Shown: positions 1-9,977, counted from the stretch's first letter. The stretch is DNA of 46,424 nt from Candidatus Thorarchaeota archaeon (GCA_016933575.1 JAFGAR010000160.1:1-46424); one strand, 5' to 3'. The notes: generated from the sequence alone by a model not told the origin. Program-made: numbers and translations.

Positions 1-125
1 CTCTCATTTTTAGCTGATTCCAGGATCCAGAAACCATATTGGGAGCGGATGTCTCCTCCATATCCCGGCTCGTATCCGGGGGTTCCTGCAGTAAGGCTGT
101 CCCCAAAGCCCAATATTCTCATCAT
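1..125 (-). CDS. SGNH/GDSL hydrolase, N-terminal part (runs off window start)
   Basis: Not in the ORF track. Manual translation from ATG at 125 gives MMRILGFGDSLTAGTPGYEPGYGGDIRSQYGFWILESAKNE, with the GDSL block I motif GDSLT. Confidence 0.85.
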   Translation of the reverse strand, partial: MMRILGFGDSLTAGTPGYEPGYGGDIRSQYGFWILESAKNE

Positions 126-181
126 CTTGTTTCAACTTTTCCAAAAAGAGGATGAGAGAGGAGTATATTTTCCTCTCAATT

Positions 182-1384
182 CTAGAAGAATGAAGGTTGT
201 GTTTCACTGACTCCGCTTGGACCCTTCATGTCCTTTACTTCTTCCGGTGATAGGATCTCGATGAGTTCATACTTCGTAGAACCAAGACCGAGTTGTTCAC
301 AATACTTTGGCGTTAGATACGGGTCTTTCCAAGGTCCATGAAGTCGTTGGAATGGATGAAGGTCTGCTGAAGGATCCAAATTCACATTCCTGAAGATAGA
401 AGGTATCATACTTTCAATGAGCCCTTCCTTTGCAACCAGATCAAGACTTGCTTGCTCGATTGCGACGATATCTTTGCTTCCGAGGATACCAATGTCATGT
501 ACGACATGTGGCATTCCTACACCCCAACAATCGCAATACGCGGTGATATCCAGCAAGAAGTTCAGATAGAAGACTTTCTCCTTATCGAACGTATCTAGAA
601 TAGCTTTTGCGCCATAAGCCATTAGTTCTTGGAATAGCGCATAGTTCTCGGGTTTCAGGTCAAGACATCCGACTTCCTTGTCTGCCTCCATACACTCAAG
701 GCATTGATTGCACATCCCGAAAGCCACGTTCAGCTTGTGCTTCTCTTCATCGTAGTTGATATGCCCATCAGGACATGCTTCAACAAGCCTCTTTGCATGC
801 TCTGGAGTGCATTTGTCAGGGTCCCAGAAGGGGATGCTGGCTTCGACTCCGTGAATTTTCCTCCACCTGCTTGGACCATGATAGCCCCCAAGAGCGATAT
901 TCTTGACCGCACCACCATAGCCGCATGAGTTATGCCCCTTTAGGTGAGTCAGGTCGATCATAGCATCCGCATCTCGAAGGACTCCAGCAAGCTCCAGTGA
1001 ATCCACATTATGGAAATTGAGCTCCACTCTTTCTGTGTAACCGTCTTTCACACCCGCAATAGGTATGAGGGGACATCCACAGGTCTCTGCAGTATAGCCA
1101 CGGTCAACAGCATTATAGACCGCAGTAGGATTGTCAGTGACAAATGGAAACGCTCCAGTATCCTTGATCGCCTTAACGACTCGACGGACAAAGAAGACTG
1201 GGACTGTCTGATAGCCATCCCGGAATCCTAGATGCATCTTGACAGCTACTTTGTCCTTCTTATCGATGGATGAGAAATCTAGATGTTCGATAATCTTGTC
1301 CAGCTTAGCGGCGATTGATGCGAAGGCTCCCATGTTGCCCTGCTTGGCCGAACCAAAATATACCTTTGAAGAATCAGGTGTCAT
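182..1384 (-). CDS. DUF362 family Fe-S protein
   Basis: VAVKMHLG, THLKGH...GGAVKNIALG and CDC motifs; internal degenerate ferredoxin-like segment (C...ACP, CNQCLEC). Confidence 0.85.
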   Translation of the reverse strand: MTPDSSKVYFGSAKQGNMGAFASIAAKLDKIIEHLDFSSIDKKDKVAVKMHLGFRDGYQTVPVFFVRRVVKAIKDTGAFPFVTDNPTAVYNAVDRGYTAETCGCPLIPIAGVKDGYTERVELNFHNVDSLELAGVLRDADAMIDLTHLKGHNSCGYGGAVKNIALGGYHGPSRWRKIHGVEASIPFWDPDKCTPEHAKRLVEACPDGHINYDEEKHKLNVAFGMCNQCLECMEADKEVGCLDLKPENYALFQELMAYGAKAILDTFDKEKVFYLNFLLDITAYCDCWGVGMPHVVHDIGILGSKDIVAIEQASLDLVAKEGLIESMIPSIFRNVNLDPSADLHPFQRLHGPWKDPYLTPKYCEQLGLGSTKYELIEILSPEEVKDMKGPSGVSETQPSFF

Positions 1385-1493
1385 AGCCTAGATGGTAGGA
1401 TGAAGAGCTTAAAATCTTACGGAATTCGGAGCTTGAGTCCCAAAGCGATTGGTTATTAGCAGGTATAGATGTGGAATCAAGAAGAGGGAGAGA

Positions 1494-2708
1494 ATGGACG
1501 AGAATAACGAGGTCTCCGACCTTGCTGAAGAAGAATCTGCAGAGGATCAAACACTGACCTTCGGAGCTGCAAGTTTTCTCAATGATATGAGCTCAGACAT
1601 GATTGCGCCGATTTGGCCAACATTTCTCAATTCATATCTTGGATTGAGCTACCTCATTGTTGGATTCATTGATGGACTAGCATTGACTATCACTTCTCTT
1701 TCAAAGTTGGGGGCAGGATACCTCTCAGATAGAACAGGAAAGAGGAAGTCCTTCATCGAGGCTGGCTATTTCCTCTCCATGATATCTCGAATTGGATTCG
1801 CATTTTCAAGGGGTTTTCTAGGAATCGCCATTGCAAAATCAATGGATCGCCTGGGCAAGATTCGAGGTCCTCCTAGAGATGCTATGGTTGCTGGAGAGGT
1901 CAAGCAAAAGCAACGAGGGAAGGCATTTGGGATTCTTCGTGCAATGGATAGTGCAGGAGCTTTAGCTGGGGCTATTATCGCCTTTCTCCTCTTCTCATAT
2001 CTAGGATACATTGGGATAATTCTCCTAGCCACCTTTCCAGCGGCCTGCTCAGTGATAATCATCTCCGTCTTAATCAAGGAAAAACGAGGAAAGGATGTGT
2101 TCAAAGGAGTAAGCTTCAGGAATCTAAATAGGGACCTGAAGCTGTTCTTCTTGGCTTCAACTCTATTCGCACTGGCGACCTTCAGCTATTCATTTCTCAT
2201 CCTTTTCGCACAAGACTACTACACGGTCTACATACTACCTCTGTTGTACATTATATTCACATTATCTGATGCTGTTAGTGCATATCCCTTCGGAGTGGCT
2301 TCGGACAGATTCGGTAGAAAACCCATTCTCATTCTCGGGTTCCTATTCCTCGCATTGACCTCTGCATGGGCTCATTTCGCTAATGATTGGTTGACAATCA
2401 TACCTCTGTTTGCTTTGTTCGGTCTCTCTGCAGGAGCGCTGACTCCTGTTCAAACGACCTTAGTCGCAGACCTGGTTGAACCCGAACGTAGAGCTAGTAT
2501 CATTGGGGCATTTCAGATGGTGATTGGAGTTGCCGCACTCCCTGCTGGACTCGTTATCGGATATCTCTGGGAAACCTTTGGATCACTCATCGCGTTCGAT
2601 TTCTCTCTTATCATGGCGTTCATAGCTATTCTGATAATGATGTTGATTCGTGTGAAAGAACCCTCTGATGGGCAAATCACATCATCTGGAGACCCGCAGC
2701 TTTCCTAA
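1494..2708 (+). CDS. MFS transporter
   Basis: About 12 hydrophobic segments; motif A twice (GYLSDRTGKRK, GVASDRFGRK). ATG 1494 after a purine-rich RBS is preferred over TTG 1449. Confidence 0.92.
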   Translation: MDENNEVSDLAEEESAEDQTLTFGAASFLNDMSSDMIAPIWPTFLNSYLGLSYLIVGFIDGLALTITSLSKLGAGYLSDRTGKRKSFIEAGYFLSMISRIGFAFSRGFLGIAIAKSMDRLGKIRGPPRDAMVAGEVKQKQRGKAFGILRAMDSAGALAGAIIAFLLFSYLGYIGIILLATFPAACSVIIISVLIKEKRGKDVFKGVSFRNLNRDLKLFFLASTLFALATFSYSFLILFAQDYYTVYILPLLYIIFTLSDAVSAYPFGVASDRFGRKPILILGFLFLALTSAWAHFANDWLTIIPLFALFGLSAGALTPVQTTLVADLVEPERRASIIGAFQMVIGVAALPAGLVIGYLWETFGSLIAFDFSLIMAFIAILIMMLIRVKEPSDGQITSSGDPQLS

Positions 2709-3237
2709 TGAGATTTCCAAGCCCAAAGCTTGAAAGTAAGTACCACCAGAAGAAGGTCATCCCAAAGCCTGCACCTTCCACGTTGTAGCCCATATATCCC
2801 TCGAGGAACGGGAGCGCATCTTGTGGATTGAAGGGGAGAATCGCGACCACAGTATTCCCATAGACTGCATAGAGGACTGCAAAAATGAACATGAACGGGA
2901 CATAGTAGATGAGCATCGGTTTGCATCGAGAGCTCATCATCCTTCCTTGAATCTGCATGATCTGTGATTGGCTGTCAACAACCTCTTGAAGTAGTCTTGG
3001 ATCTTGAGTCTTACGCGCTTCTTGGAATTTAGCCTGCCAAGCCTTTACTTTCTCCATGTCTTCTTTCATCTCATCGAAATTTGTGAAGACTCTTGTTGCA
3101 ACGATGGAGATCACTGCTAATGATATACTGACGATAACGATGAATATCGCTGAATTGGGCATGATCGAAACGGGAGTCAATAATCCCGCAAAGTAGTTGA
3201 CAATGTCAGCAATGATATCTTGCATAACGCGTTTCAC
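2677..3237 (-). CDS. DUF106 / EMC3-TMCO1-Get1 (Oxa1 superfamily) membrane insertase-like protein
   Basis: TM1, cytosolic coiled coil, KPMLIYYVP before TM2, LPF loop and a C-terminal WYLLSSF...IRK, matching the archaeal DUF106 layout. Confidence 0.85.
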   Translation of the reverse strand: MKRVMQDIIADIVNYFAGLLTPVSIMPNSAIFIVIVSISLAVISIVATRVFTNFDEMKEDMEKVKAWQAKFQEARKTQDPRLLQEVVDSQSQIMQIQGRMMSSRCKPMLIYYVPFMFIFAVLYAVYGNTVVAILPFNPQDALPFLEGYMGYNVEGAGFGMTFFWWYLLSSFGLGNLIRKAAGLQMM

Positions 3238-3642
3238 TCACTCCGGGAGGATATTGAACTCATTTTAAGGCTTATCAATCTATCATAGTGCCTGCAATAC
3301 TCCGGCAAGAAGACGTTCCTCAGAGTACATGCATGTGTCTTCATATGGTACACGTATCATTCTCCCATTCCGCGCTTTTCGTGAGGTGTTAGTAAACGCT
3401 TTTGGCGCGAAATCTGACATGAATTCAAGCTGGAAGCTAGCTATAAAGATATAAGATTTCATTTGTACGGTTTGGTGTTGTTTTTAGTGAACAAAACGCT
3501 AGTAAAACTCTTGGAGATAAAGCTCATAGTTCGATTGGAAGCTTCCGATTTGAACAACACGTGTACGCTATTTCAGGGTATGTGTTTATATAGAAGTATA
3601 CGTGTACTGTTTGTGTCTTAGCCGCCGGGAGGGCTTGACACA

Positions 3643-3918
3643 ATGATGATGTTCACAAGAATGCTTCGTAGACAAGGATTTTACAGGGTCAAGAATCAAG
3701 ATGATCCAGTGTATATGAAACACAATGTTGGACTAGGGGGTCTCTATGTCCGTATTGATGACAAGAAAGCCTACCTCACTGTCCGTGACCTAGGTCTTGA
3801 GGAGGAATTCACTCGAGTAAAACAACTCGAGAATTTCATCAACGATCTCGAAGAGCAGGCTTACAGGCAGAAATGCTTCATCGTTCATAAGATGAGGGGC
3901 GGTTCTGCAGGTTCCTAA
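3643..3918 (+). CDS. Small hypothetical protein (91 aa)
   Basis: GGGAGG upstream, TTTATA box near 3585, protein-like alpha/beta composition. Confidence 0.75.
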   Translation: MMMFTRMLRRQGFYRVKNQDDPVYMKHNVGLGGLYVRIDDKKAYLTVRDLGLEEEFTRVKQLENFINDLEEQAYRQKCFIVHKMRGGSAGS

Positions 3919-3988
3919 GCCGCCATAGTGGTGGATATAACTGGAAACGCCTCACTAGTCTATGGCAGTACTAGTGTACTGAACATAA

Positions 3989-5383
3989 GTGCAGGGAATA
4001 GTGAGGCGTTCAGTGTCTTTAAGCGAATTATTAGATGCAGTGCATTTAGGGGACTTCCCTAGCAGTACACGTTTACTTGTTGACCTACAAGCTGATGAAT
4101 CCTTAGTACACATTGGATTTGAACTTCGGAAGGTTTCGGAAGAGGACACTAAGAGTTCATTGATGATTCGTGATCACATTCTTCATTTCCTTGGTGGATT
4201 CCCTGTCTATGCCGCACTGGACATTTGCAGCCTTGACCTCTTAGAGACCTTCTCCTATACTACTTCTCGTCAGCATGCATGCGAAGAGTTCCTTGAAATG
4301 GTCCAATTGCTATTTGCTGAAAAAGACACAAGGTTCCTTGACCGCTTTCTTGAGATAGAGGACCTTGCTGGGAATCAATTCATGATCTTCGTGACTGACC
4401 TGCTTGATCGTCGTATCGACGAGATGTCTACTGTGAAAATACCCTTCTCTGTATTGAGGGTCGATGGTCAAACTCGAGAACGTTATCTCATCTCTCATTT
4501 ATGGTCAACTAGCTATGGTAGGAAGATACTCGCAGGTGTAGGGATCAAACAAGATGTCCAAGTAGTGGGAAAAGGTGTTTGGGATGAGATCTCTCGAGTA
4601 GTGAATGATCTGGACTATGATGTGTCAAGGATGTTGAAAGAAGTCGATTTGGCAGAGTGGGCCAGCCTTACTTCTGGCTCGGGAAGAGCGTTAGAGCATA
4701 GGTCTCGTGAACTAGAAGGCCTTGATGTTTTGAGGACTGTAATGAACGCGATGAACTCATCCGATCGGGGAATGCGCCTATCTGGGCTGCATCAATTCCA
4801 GCAACTCGGTTCTGTAGTCTATCTTGATAGAGTGACAAACATCGCAAGAACTGGTACGCTTGAAGAAAGATGCATAGCTATTGATATTCTAGGTGAGATG
4901 GGCTCCGACAAACACGAAGATCTACTTACATCATTTCTCAATTCTGAGGACTCAACTATTCGATTAAGATCCGCAAATGCGATTTCATTAATTGCCTCTC
5001 GAGACTTCATGCGAGAATCCAAGATTTCTGCATCTACGACTGATAGCGTGGAGGTTCTTAATACGGCGACATTCAATCCATCTGGCTTCAAACCTAAGAA
5101 TCGTTTTGAGAGATTGGATGCCGCAAAGCTCTTCGTCAATATCGATTCAGAATTGGCCGAGCAGAGGTTTCTTGATCTTTATTCTCAATTGGATTCAACT
5201 TCCAAACTCGAATTGGTGCACTATGCATTTTCACTGCGTAGGCGACGAGCTGAGATTCTCATTAGATGTGCATTGAAGGACTCAGATCCGATTGTGTCTG
5301 AAGCCGCCCTCTATGTGGGTCGACAAATTTGGCCAAATAATGAATGGGATCATATGCCTGAGCATGAAGATTCAGAAGAATGA
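3989..5383 (+). CDS. HEAT-repeat-containing protein
   Basis: C-terminal HEAT-like repeats (ERCIAIDILGEMG, LNSEDSTIRLRSANAI, LKDSDPIVSEAA). Start codon uncertain. Confidence 0.75.
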   Translation: MQGIVRRSVSLSELLDAVHLGDFPSSTRLLVDLQADESLVHIGFELRKVSEEDTKSSLMIRDHILHFLGGFPVYAALDICSLDLLETFSYTTSRQHACEEFLEMVQLLFAEKDTRFLDRFLEIEDLAGNQFMIFVTDLLDRRIDEMSTVKIPFSVLRVDGQTRERYLISHLWSTSYGRKILAGVGIKQDVQVVGKGVWDEISRVVNDLDYDVSRMLKEVDLAEWASLTSGSGRALEHRSRELEGLDVLRTVMNAMNSSDRGMRLSGLHQFQQLGSVVYLDRVTNIARTGTLEERCIAIDILGEMGSDKHEDLLTSFLNSEDSTIRLRSANAISLIASRDFMRESKISASTTDSVEVLNTATFNPSGFKPKNRFERLDAAKLFVNIDSELAEQRFLDLYSQLDSTSKLELVHYAFSLRRRRAEILIRCALKDSDPIVSEAALYVGRQIWPNNEWDHMPEHEDSEE

Positions 5384-5430
5384 AGGAGGGCGAGTCTGCC
5401 GGGTGATTCCAGGTCGGGGGGAGTATCGTT

Positions 5431-5459
5431 CTTGCGGGGGTCCCTATCCCGCAAGTTTG
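5431..5459 (+). terminator. GC-rich hairpin, possible terminator
   Basis: CTTGCGGG (5431-5438) / CCCGCAAG (5448-5455) is a perfect 8-bp stem followed by TTT, 48 nt after the HEAT gene stop. Confidence 0.45.
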
Positions 5460-5675
5460 TCTATCAACACGAACAGACACGCCTCGTATGATCCACGGTT
5501 GCTTTTCTGCTGGTTGGATAAAGACTGCGAGAGGTGTGCTGCGAAGAAGACGTTGCTGAGTCTTTGATTTCTATGTCGGTCAAGATGAACGTTGGTCCCC
5601 TTGTCAATGCTTGATGTTCATCGAAGTTCAAGGTTTCAACGTCGTCTTCATCGCATTTTGTCTTTACACCAATGA

Positions 5676-5748
5676 TGCGATATTCGCAATTCGCTTCTTT
5701 CTGATTGCGTATCTCGCACTCAACTATTCAAATTATGCGAATAATACA
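5676..5748. promoter_or_regulatory. Three palindromic operator-like sites TGCGA-N3-TCGCA at 30-bp period
   Basis: TGCGATATTCGCA (5676), TGCGTATCTCGCA (5706), degenerate TGCGAATAATACA (5736). Confidence 0.45.
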
Positions 5749-6118
5749 ATATAAATCCTTCGTTTCGTCGTTGCGGCATAATCTAGAATACTTGTTATCA
5801 AGAATCGTCAAACACCTCTGATAAAACCTCTACCGAACAAACTGCCCAGGTATTTCGCACATTAGAGAAGCTTGGTTAGCTGAATGCTTTATTCGATGAT
5901 GAATGGTGCGCCTATCGAGCAGTGGGCACACGAGCAGCCATTGCAAATAGCATATCATCTTGGTCGACCCTTGCAGAAGATAGCACTACACACATATCTG
6001 ATATGAAATATTACACTCAGATTGAACGCATACTTTCAAGATCCATCAATGGGGAAGTTACCAAGTTTGCTCCAGTGTTTGAAGGATCAACATCCAACCC
6101 CTTCTCCTTAGCTAGATA

Positions 6119-7321
6119 TCAGATTCTTATCTTCGATCTGAGATAACCTGGCGCAGATGCTAGAATAGCGCCTCTAACAGATCTCATCCCTACCAACATC
6201 TCAGCTATCACTCTCTGTGACTTTTCCGATGCAAGGAAATTCTTGCCCATGCTTGAGGAGCCTCCTGAAGTGAATCGCTTCTGAAGCCATAAGCCCCATT
6301 TTAGATCGGATCCGAATTCCTTCTTCCACATCGATTCATATCTGGCCAGGAACTGAGAAGTCGCATTCTTTGCACGAATGGCCATCGCCCCGACTTCTGC
6401 TGCGTATCTACCTCCAACCATGGCATAATGGATGCCCTCTCCCGAAATAGGAGAGCAATGTCCTGCCGCATCTCCGGCAAGGAGCATCCCATCTGCGTGG
6501 GATGGTGTGACAATCCCTGCGAGAGGCATCAAAGCTGCATCTGTCTTGTAGATAGTCGCTCCAGCGACATCACTTTTGGTCGGTTCGATATTCTGTATCA
6601 GATTATCGAGATAGCTAGTTAGTTTCCTACTCTCAGCCCTCGCATTAGTCACAATTCCGCCCGTTCCGATAACGACTTCTCTCGTTCTGGGGAACACCCA
6701 TGCATATCCTCCCGGTGAATACTCTCGCCCATAATAGAAATCATTGATACCTTGGAAGTCTGGAGCATTTGCATTCCTTCTAAGATGGAATTGTAGACCG
6801 TAGCCCATTGCTTCGTTAGAGATTCTAGGACGGACAAGCTTCATCCTTGAACTCACTGAGTTCGCTCCACTTGCATCTATTACAATCCCTGAGAGCACTG
6901 ACAATCGCTCTCCTTCTCTTTCGTACTCGACTCTGATTCCATCATGAGCTGGAGTAAGAGAAACAACCTTTGATCTCATTCTTACTGAATCACTTGCATT
7001 CGATACTAGATTCAGCATTGCTTGCCCAAGATTCTCTCTTGTTGTATTAATTCCGACTGATTCTTCAAATTCTACCTTCACCATTTTCATACCGGGGAAC
7101 TTCATCCTTATCGCATGGATCTCATGCGCTCCTTGAATTCCACTAACATTGAAATCTTGAAGTGTTCTAGTTGGAACAAACCCTCCACAGGTCTTATCCT
7201 TGCAGGGTACATCCTCTTGTGCAAGTAAGACATAGTCCACATCAGATTCAGCTAGATACCTCGCCGCAGTCAGCCCTGCGGGACCTGCCCCAATAATGAG
7301 GATATCAGTGTCATAGGACAT
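6119..7321 (-). CDS. Geranylgeranyl reductase family FAD-dependent oxidoreductase
   Basis: IIGAGPAG, CGG, DASG, PGGYAWVFP and LAGDAAG...PISGEGIHYA motifs. Confidence 0.92.
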   Translation of the reverse strand: MSYDTDILIIGAGPAGLTAARYLAESDVDYVLLAQEDVPCKDKTCGGFVPTRTLQDFNVSGIQGAHEIHAIRMKFPGMKMVKVEFEESVGINTTRENLGQAMLNLVSNASDSVRMRSKVVSLTPAHDGIRVEYEREGERLSVLSGIVIDASGANSVSSRMKLVRPRISNEAMGYGLQFHLRRNANAPDFQGINDFYYGREYSPGGYAWVFPRTREVVIGTGGIVTNARAESRKLTSYLDNLIQNIEPTKSDVAGATIYKTDAALMPLAGIVTPSHADGMLLAGDAAGHCSPISGEGIHYAMVGGRYAAEVGAMAIRAKNATSQFLARYESMWKKEFGSDLKWGLWLQKRFTSGGSSSMGKNFLASEKSQRVIAEMLVGMRSVRGAILASAPGYLRSKIRI

Positions 7322-7369
7322 GGGTGTGCAACTCTACTCATCCCTAAAATATGGTACTATTTTGATGCT

Positions 7370-8164
7370 TCAATCCCTTTTCTTGGCAGCATTCCGAGCT
7401 ATGAGACAAGCCACAGATCCTCCACCAAGTCCGTTTCCAATATTTACAACCGCGAGTCCTGGGGCACAGGATTGTAGCATCGAGGCAAGCGCAGTTTCTC
7501 CTGCGCCTCCATATCCATATCCCACAGGTACTGGCACTCCTATAACTGGGATATCAACTAGTGAGGCAAGAACCGTAGGAAGCGCCCCTTCCATTCCTGC
7601 GAAGACTACAACCGCATCCACTTTTTCCTCAATGATTCTCATCACAGGTTCGATTATTCTATGAATGCCTGCAACTCCAATATCGTATAATGTGAGAGAT
7701 TCGACCCCCATAATCCTCGCTATTGCTACTGCTTCCTCTGCATAGACAACATCTGAAGTGCCAGCAGTTATGATAGCAATCTTTCCTTGCTTTTGCGGTT
7801 CACTCCATTTTTTGTCATGAACTAGAACCGTAAGATGATCATCATCCCCACTCACATCGAAGTGATATTCGTTCATTTCCTGTTGAAGAGTTTCTAATTT
7901 GGCTTGTTGAACTCTTGTTAGTAGGGCAAATTCCTTTCTTGAGACTATCTTCTGAACGATTTGAATCAGGTTCTTGATACTCTTTGTTTCTGCAAGAACC
8001 ACTTCGGGAATCCCATTCCTTTCTTCCCTGTTTAGATCGATCATGCCAATCTGTCCAACCGCTGTCAATGAGAGCGTACGCAATGCTTCTTCTGCCTCCT
8101 CAACTGATAGATCTCCTGACTTCATTGCCTCTAAGATGTCGCGAGTGGATTTCATGGCAATCAC
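7370..8164 (-). CDS. larB: Nickel pincer cofactor biosynthesis protein LarB (PurE-like)
   Basis: R..R.GIPEVV..E.K, TAGTSD, DIGVAGIHR, AGMEGALP, VPVPVGYG, LQSCAPGLAVVNIGNG. Confidence 0.92.
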   Translation of the reverse strand: MIAMKSTRDILEAMKSGDLSVEEAEEALRTLSLTAVGQIGMIDLNREERNGIPEVVLAETKSIKNLIQIVQKIVSRKEFALLTRVQQAKLETLQQEMNEYHFDVSGDDDHLTVLVHDKKWSEPQKQGKIAIITAGTSDVVYAEEAVAIARIMGVESLTLYDIGVAGIHRIIEPVMRIIEEKVDAVVVFAGMEGALPTVLASLVDIPVIGVPVPVGYGYGGAGETALASMLQSCAPGLAVVNIGNGLGGGSVACLIARNAAKKRD

Positions 8165-9614
8165 GTAGTCCTAGGCGTACGCTAGACGCTTATCAAGATG
8201 GCTTTATGGTTTCTTGTGATTTGCGGCAAATCTCAAGATCCCGGAGCGAGTAAAATGTATACATGTACTGCTATAGTCGAGTAAATGAAGTATGAGTCCA
8301 AGTACATGTTCTCCAAATCTTTTGATAACTATACGTTTACCCACTACATTCAGATAGTAGAATAGCAACAAGGAAAAGGGCGTTATATGGAGTATCTGCT
8401 CCCAGTACACGTATGTTTTACGAGTACAGAAGTTAGTACACGCTATAGTGTATGAATACACGTTTATCCATTATCGATCGCTAGATCTTAGTTTAGAATG
8501 ATGGATCATTACGTTGATTCTATCAGGAACTACATGCCATCACTGGTATTTCATTCTCTGTAATACCCTGAAGCTACAGGTCTGCAACACCTTCTTGGAG
8601 TCCTATGGTGCGCTTGTCTTAGAATATGTCATAATTCTCAAGTCTGTTGGTTCTGTGATTGATTCTCTTCGATTTCTAGCCTGTATGCTTTCTAGCAGAA
8701 ATTTGCATAAACTATTACACTCTTTTGCACAAATAAATGTAAAATTATAAAAATTCCTTCCCTCAATTTTATGTTAGGCTATATAATTAGATGCACGCTT
8801 GAGTTAATAGTAAATGTACTATATGGTACATATTTGTACCATGCAGACATTTATTTACAATTAATTTACTTGTTATAATAATATATATACTAATAAGCAG
8901 GTATTCAATATAACCTCGGTGCTGGAAGAAAGAATCTCTTTCGATGGTTTTTTCTTCTCACCCAACACATCGCCATATACTCAGTTACTGTATCATATAC
9001 TCTGCTCGATTATTTTGTATGAAAATAACCCTGATTATCCTCGAAAAAGAGTACCAATACACAGTAATTGAGTATGGATTTCAATGCACTCGGGGTGAAT
9101 GGGAGATATCTGTATTTGAAAACCGAATACGCCTAATCCGGAGAGCTAAGGATATGAGCTACTCTATCGCTTGAAGTCTTTCAGATCCTACGATATTATA
9201 CTGCAAAGAACATTTATGAAACTCATTGCTTGATATATTAGATTTCCTTTGATTATGTGATATTATTACCTATTAGTAGGAATATAAAACAAATAATTAC
9301 AAATACATTTGATATTGGAGTGGAAATCCGGATTAACTATGATGAATTCTACCGAAGGATTTCATCGAAAAGTTGTGTTAATCAAGTGGTGGGGATAAGG
9401 GCTCACTATCCGATTTATTGATTGAAATTGAGGGATAAAACAGAGTAGTATGTTGGAGAATATGAAGTCACAAGTTCATTTTTATACCATCTATGATTTG
9501 TCTAGATGTGTCTCAGATACGCTAAGTTTAACTAAGACCATGCTCACAATGAAAAGCATGCATGTGTAAGCTGGTTCAAGTTATTCACATAGCGATCATA
9601 GGTAGGAAAACCCC
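8165..9614. promoter_or_regulatory. Long AT-rich divergent intergenic region with repeated GTAC-containing motifs
   Basis: No convincing ORF in 1.45 kb; AGTACAYGT-type motifs at 8259-8466; AT-rich tract ~8700-8910; inverted repeat ATGGTACA-TATT-TGTACCAT at 8823-8842. Confidence 0.55.
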
Positions 9615-9977
9615 ATGGTATCTATATTCATAATCGATGATGAACCGATTCTTCACAGGCTGTACAAGGATGTGTTCGCGATCAAAGGTCACGAGGTGGT
9701 CGCAGATGCATATGACGGTGAAGAGGCTGTTCAGAAGTATCATGAAATGGATCCCAAACCTGATGTACTAATTCTTGACCATCGCATGCCTAACAAAGAC
9801 GGCTTAGAGGCCATGAAGGAGATACTCAACATAGAGCCTGCCGCCAAGATAGTCTTCATCAGTGCTGATGCCAATGTTCGAGAAGAAGCAATGAAGAATG
9901 GTGCTATCAGTTTTGGACTCAAGCCTGTCACCATTCGGCATATGTTGGACTTGGTTGAAACAGCTGTAACAAATTGA
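9615..9977 (+). CDS. Stand-alone CheY-like response regulator receiver
   Basis: IIDDE, LILDHRMPNKDG (phospho-Asp), ISA, KP: all canonical residues present. Confidence 0.95.
   Translation: MVSIFIIDDEPILHRLYKDVFAIKGHEVVADAYDGEEAVQKYHEMDPKPDVLILDHRMPNKDGLEAMKEILNIEPAAKIVFISADANVREEAMKNGAISFGLKPVTIRHMLDLVETAVTN

Noticed and set aside
10-207. 65-aa ORF in the track
   Set aside because: Wrong frame; the frame starting at 125 carries a clear GDSL motif.
3643-3918. HicA-like toxin
   Set aside because: Only the L...GF start resembles HicA; no GSH motif and no adjacent antitoxin.
5431-5583. Selenoprotein (…CSC-TGA-TAG on the minus strand with downstream hairpin as SECIS)
   Set aside because: The hairpin lacks AUGA/GA or GAA/A SECIS cores, and the ORF itself is unsupported.
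5676-5748. CRISPR mini-array
   Set aside because: 13-bp degenerate units with 17-bp gaps are too short, and there are no cas genes.
8204-9174. ORFs 8204..8461, 8514..8750 and 8944..9174
   Set aside because: AT-rich, atypical composition, no motifs; likely chance frames.
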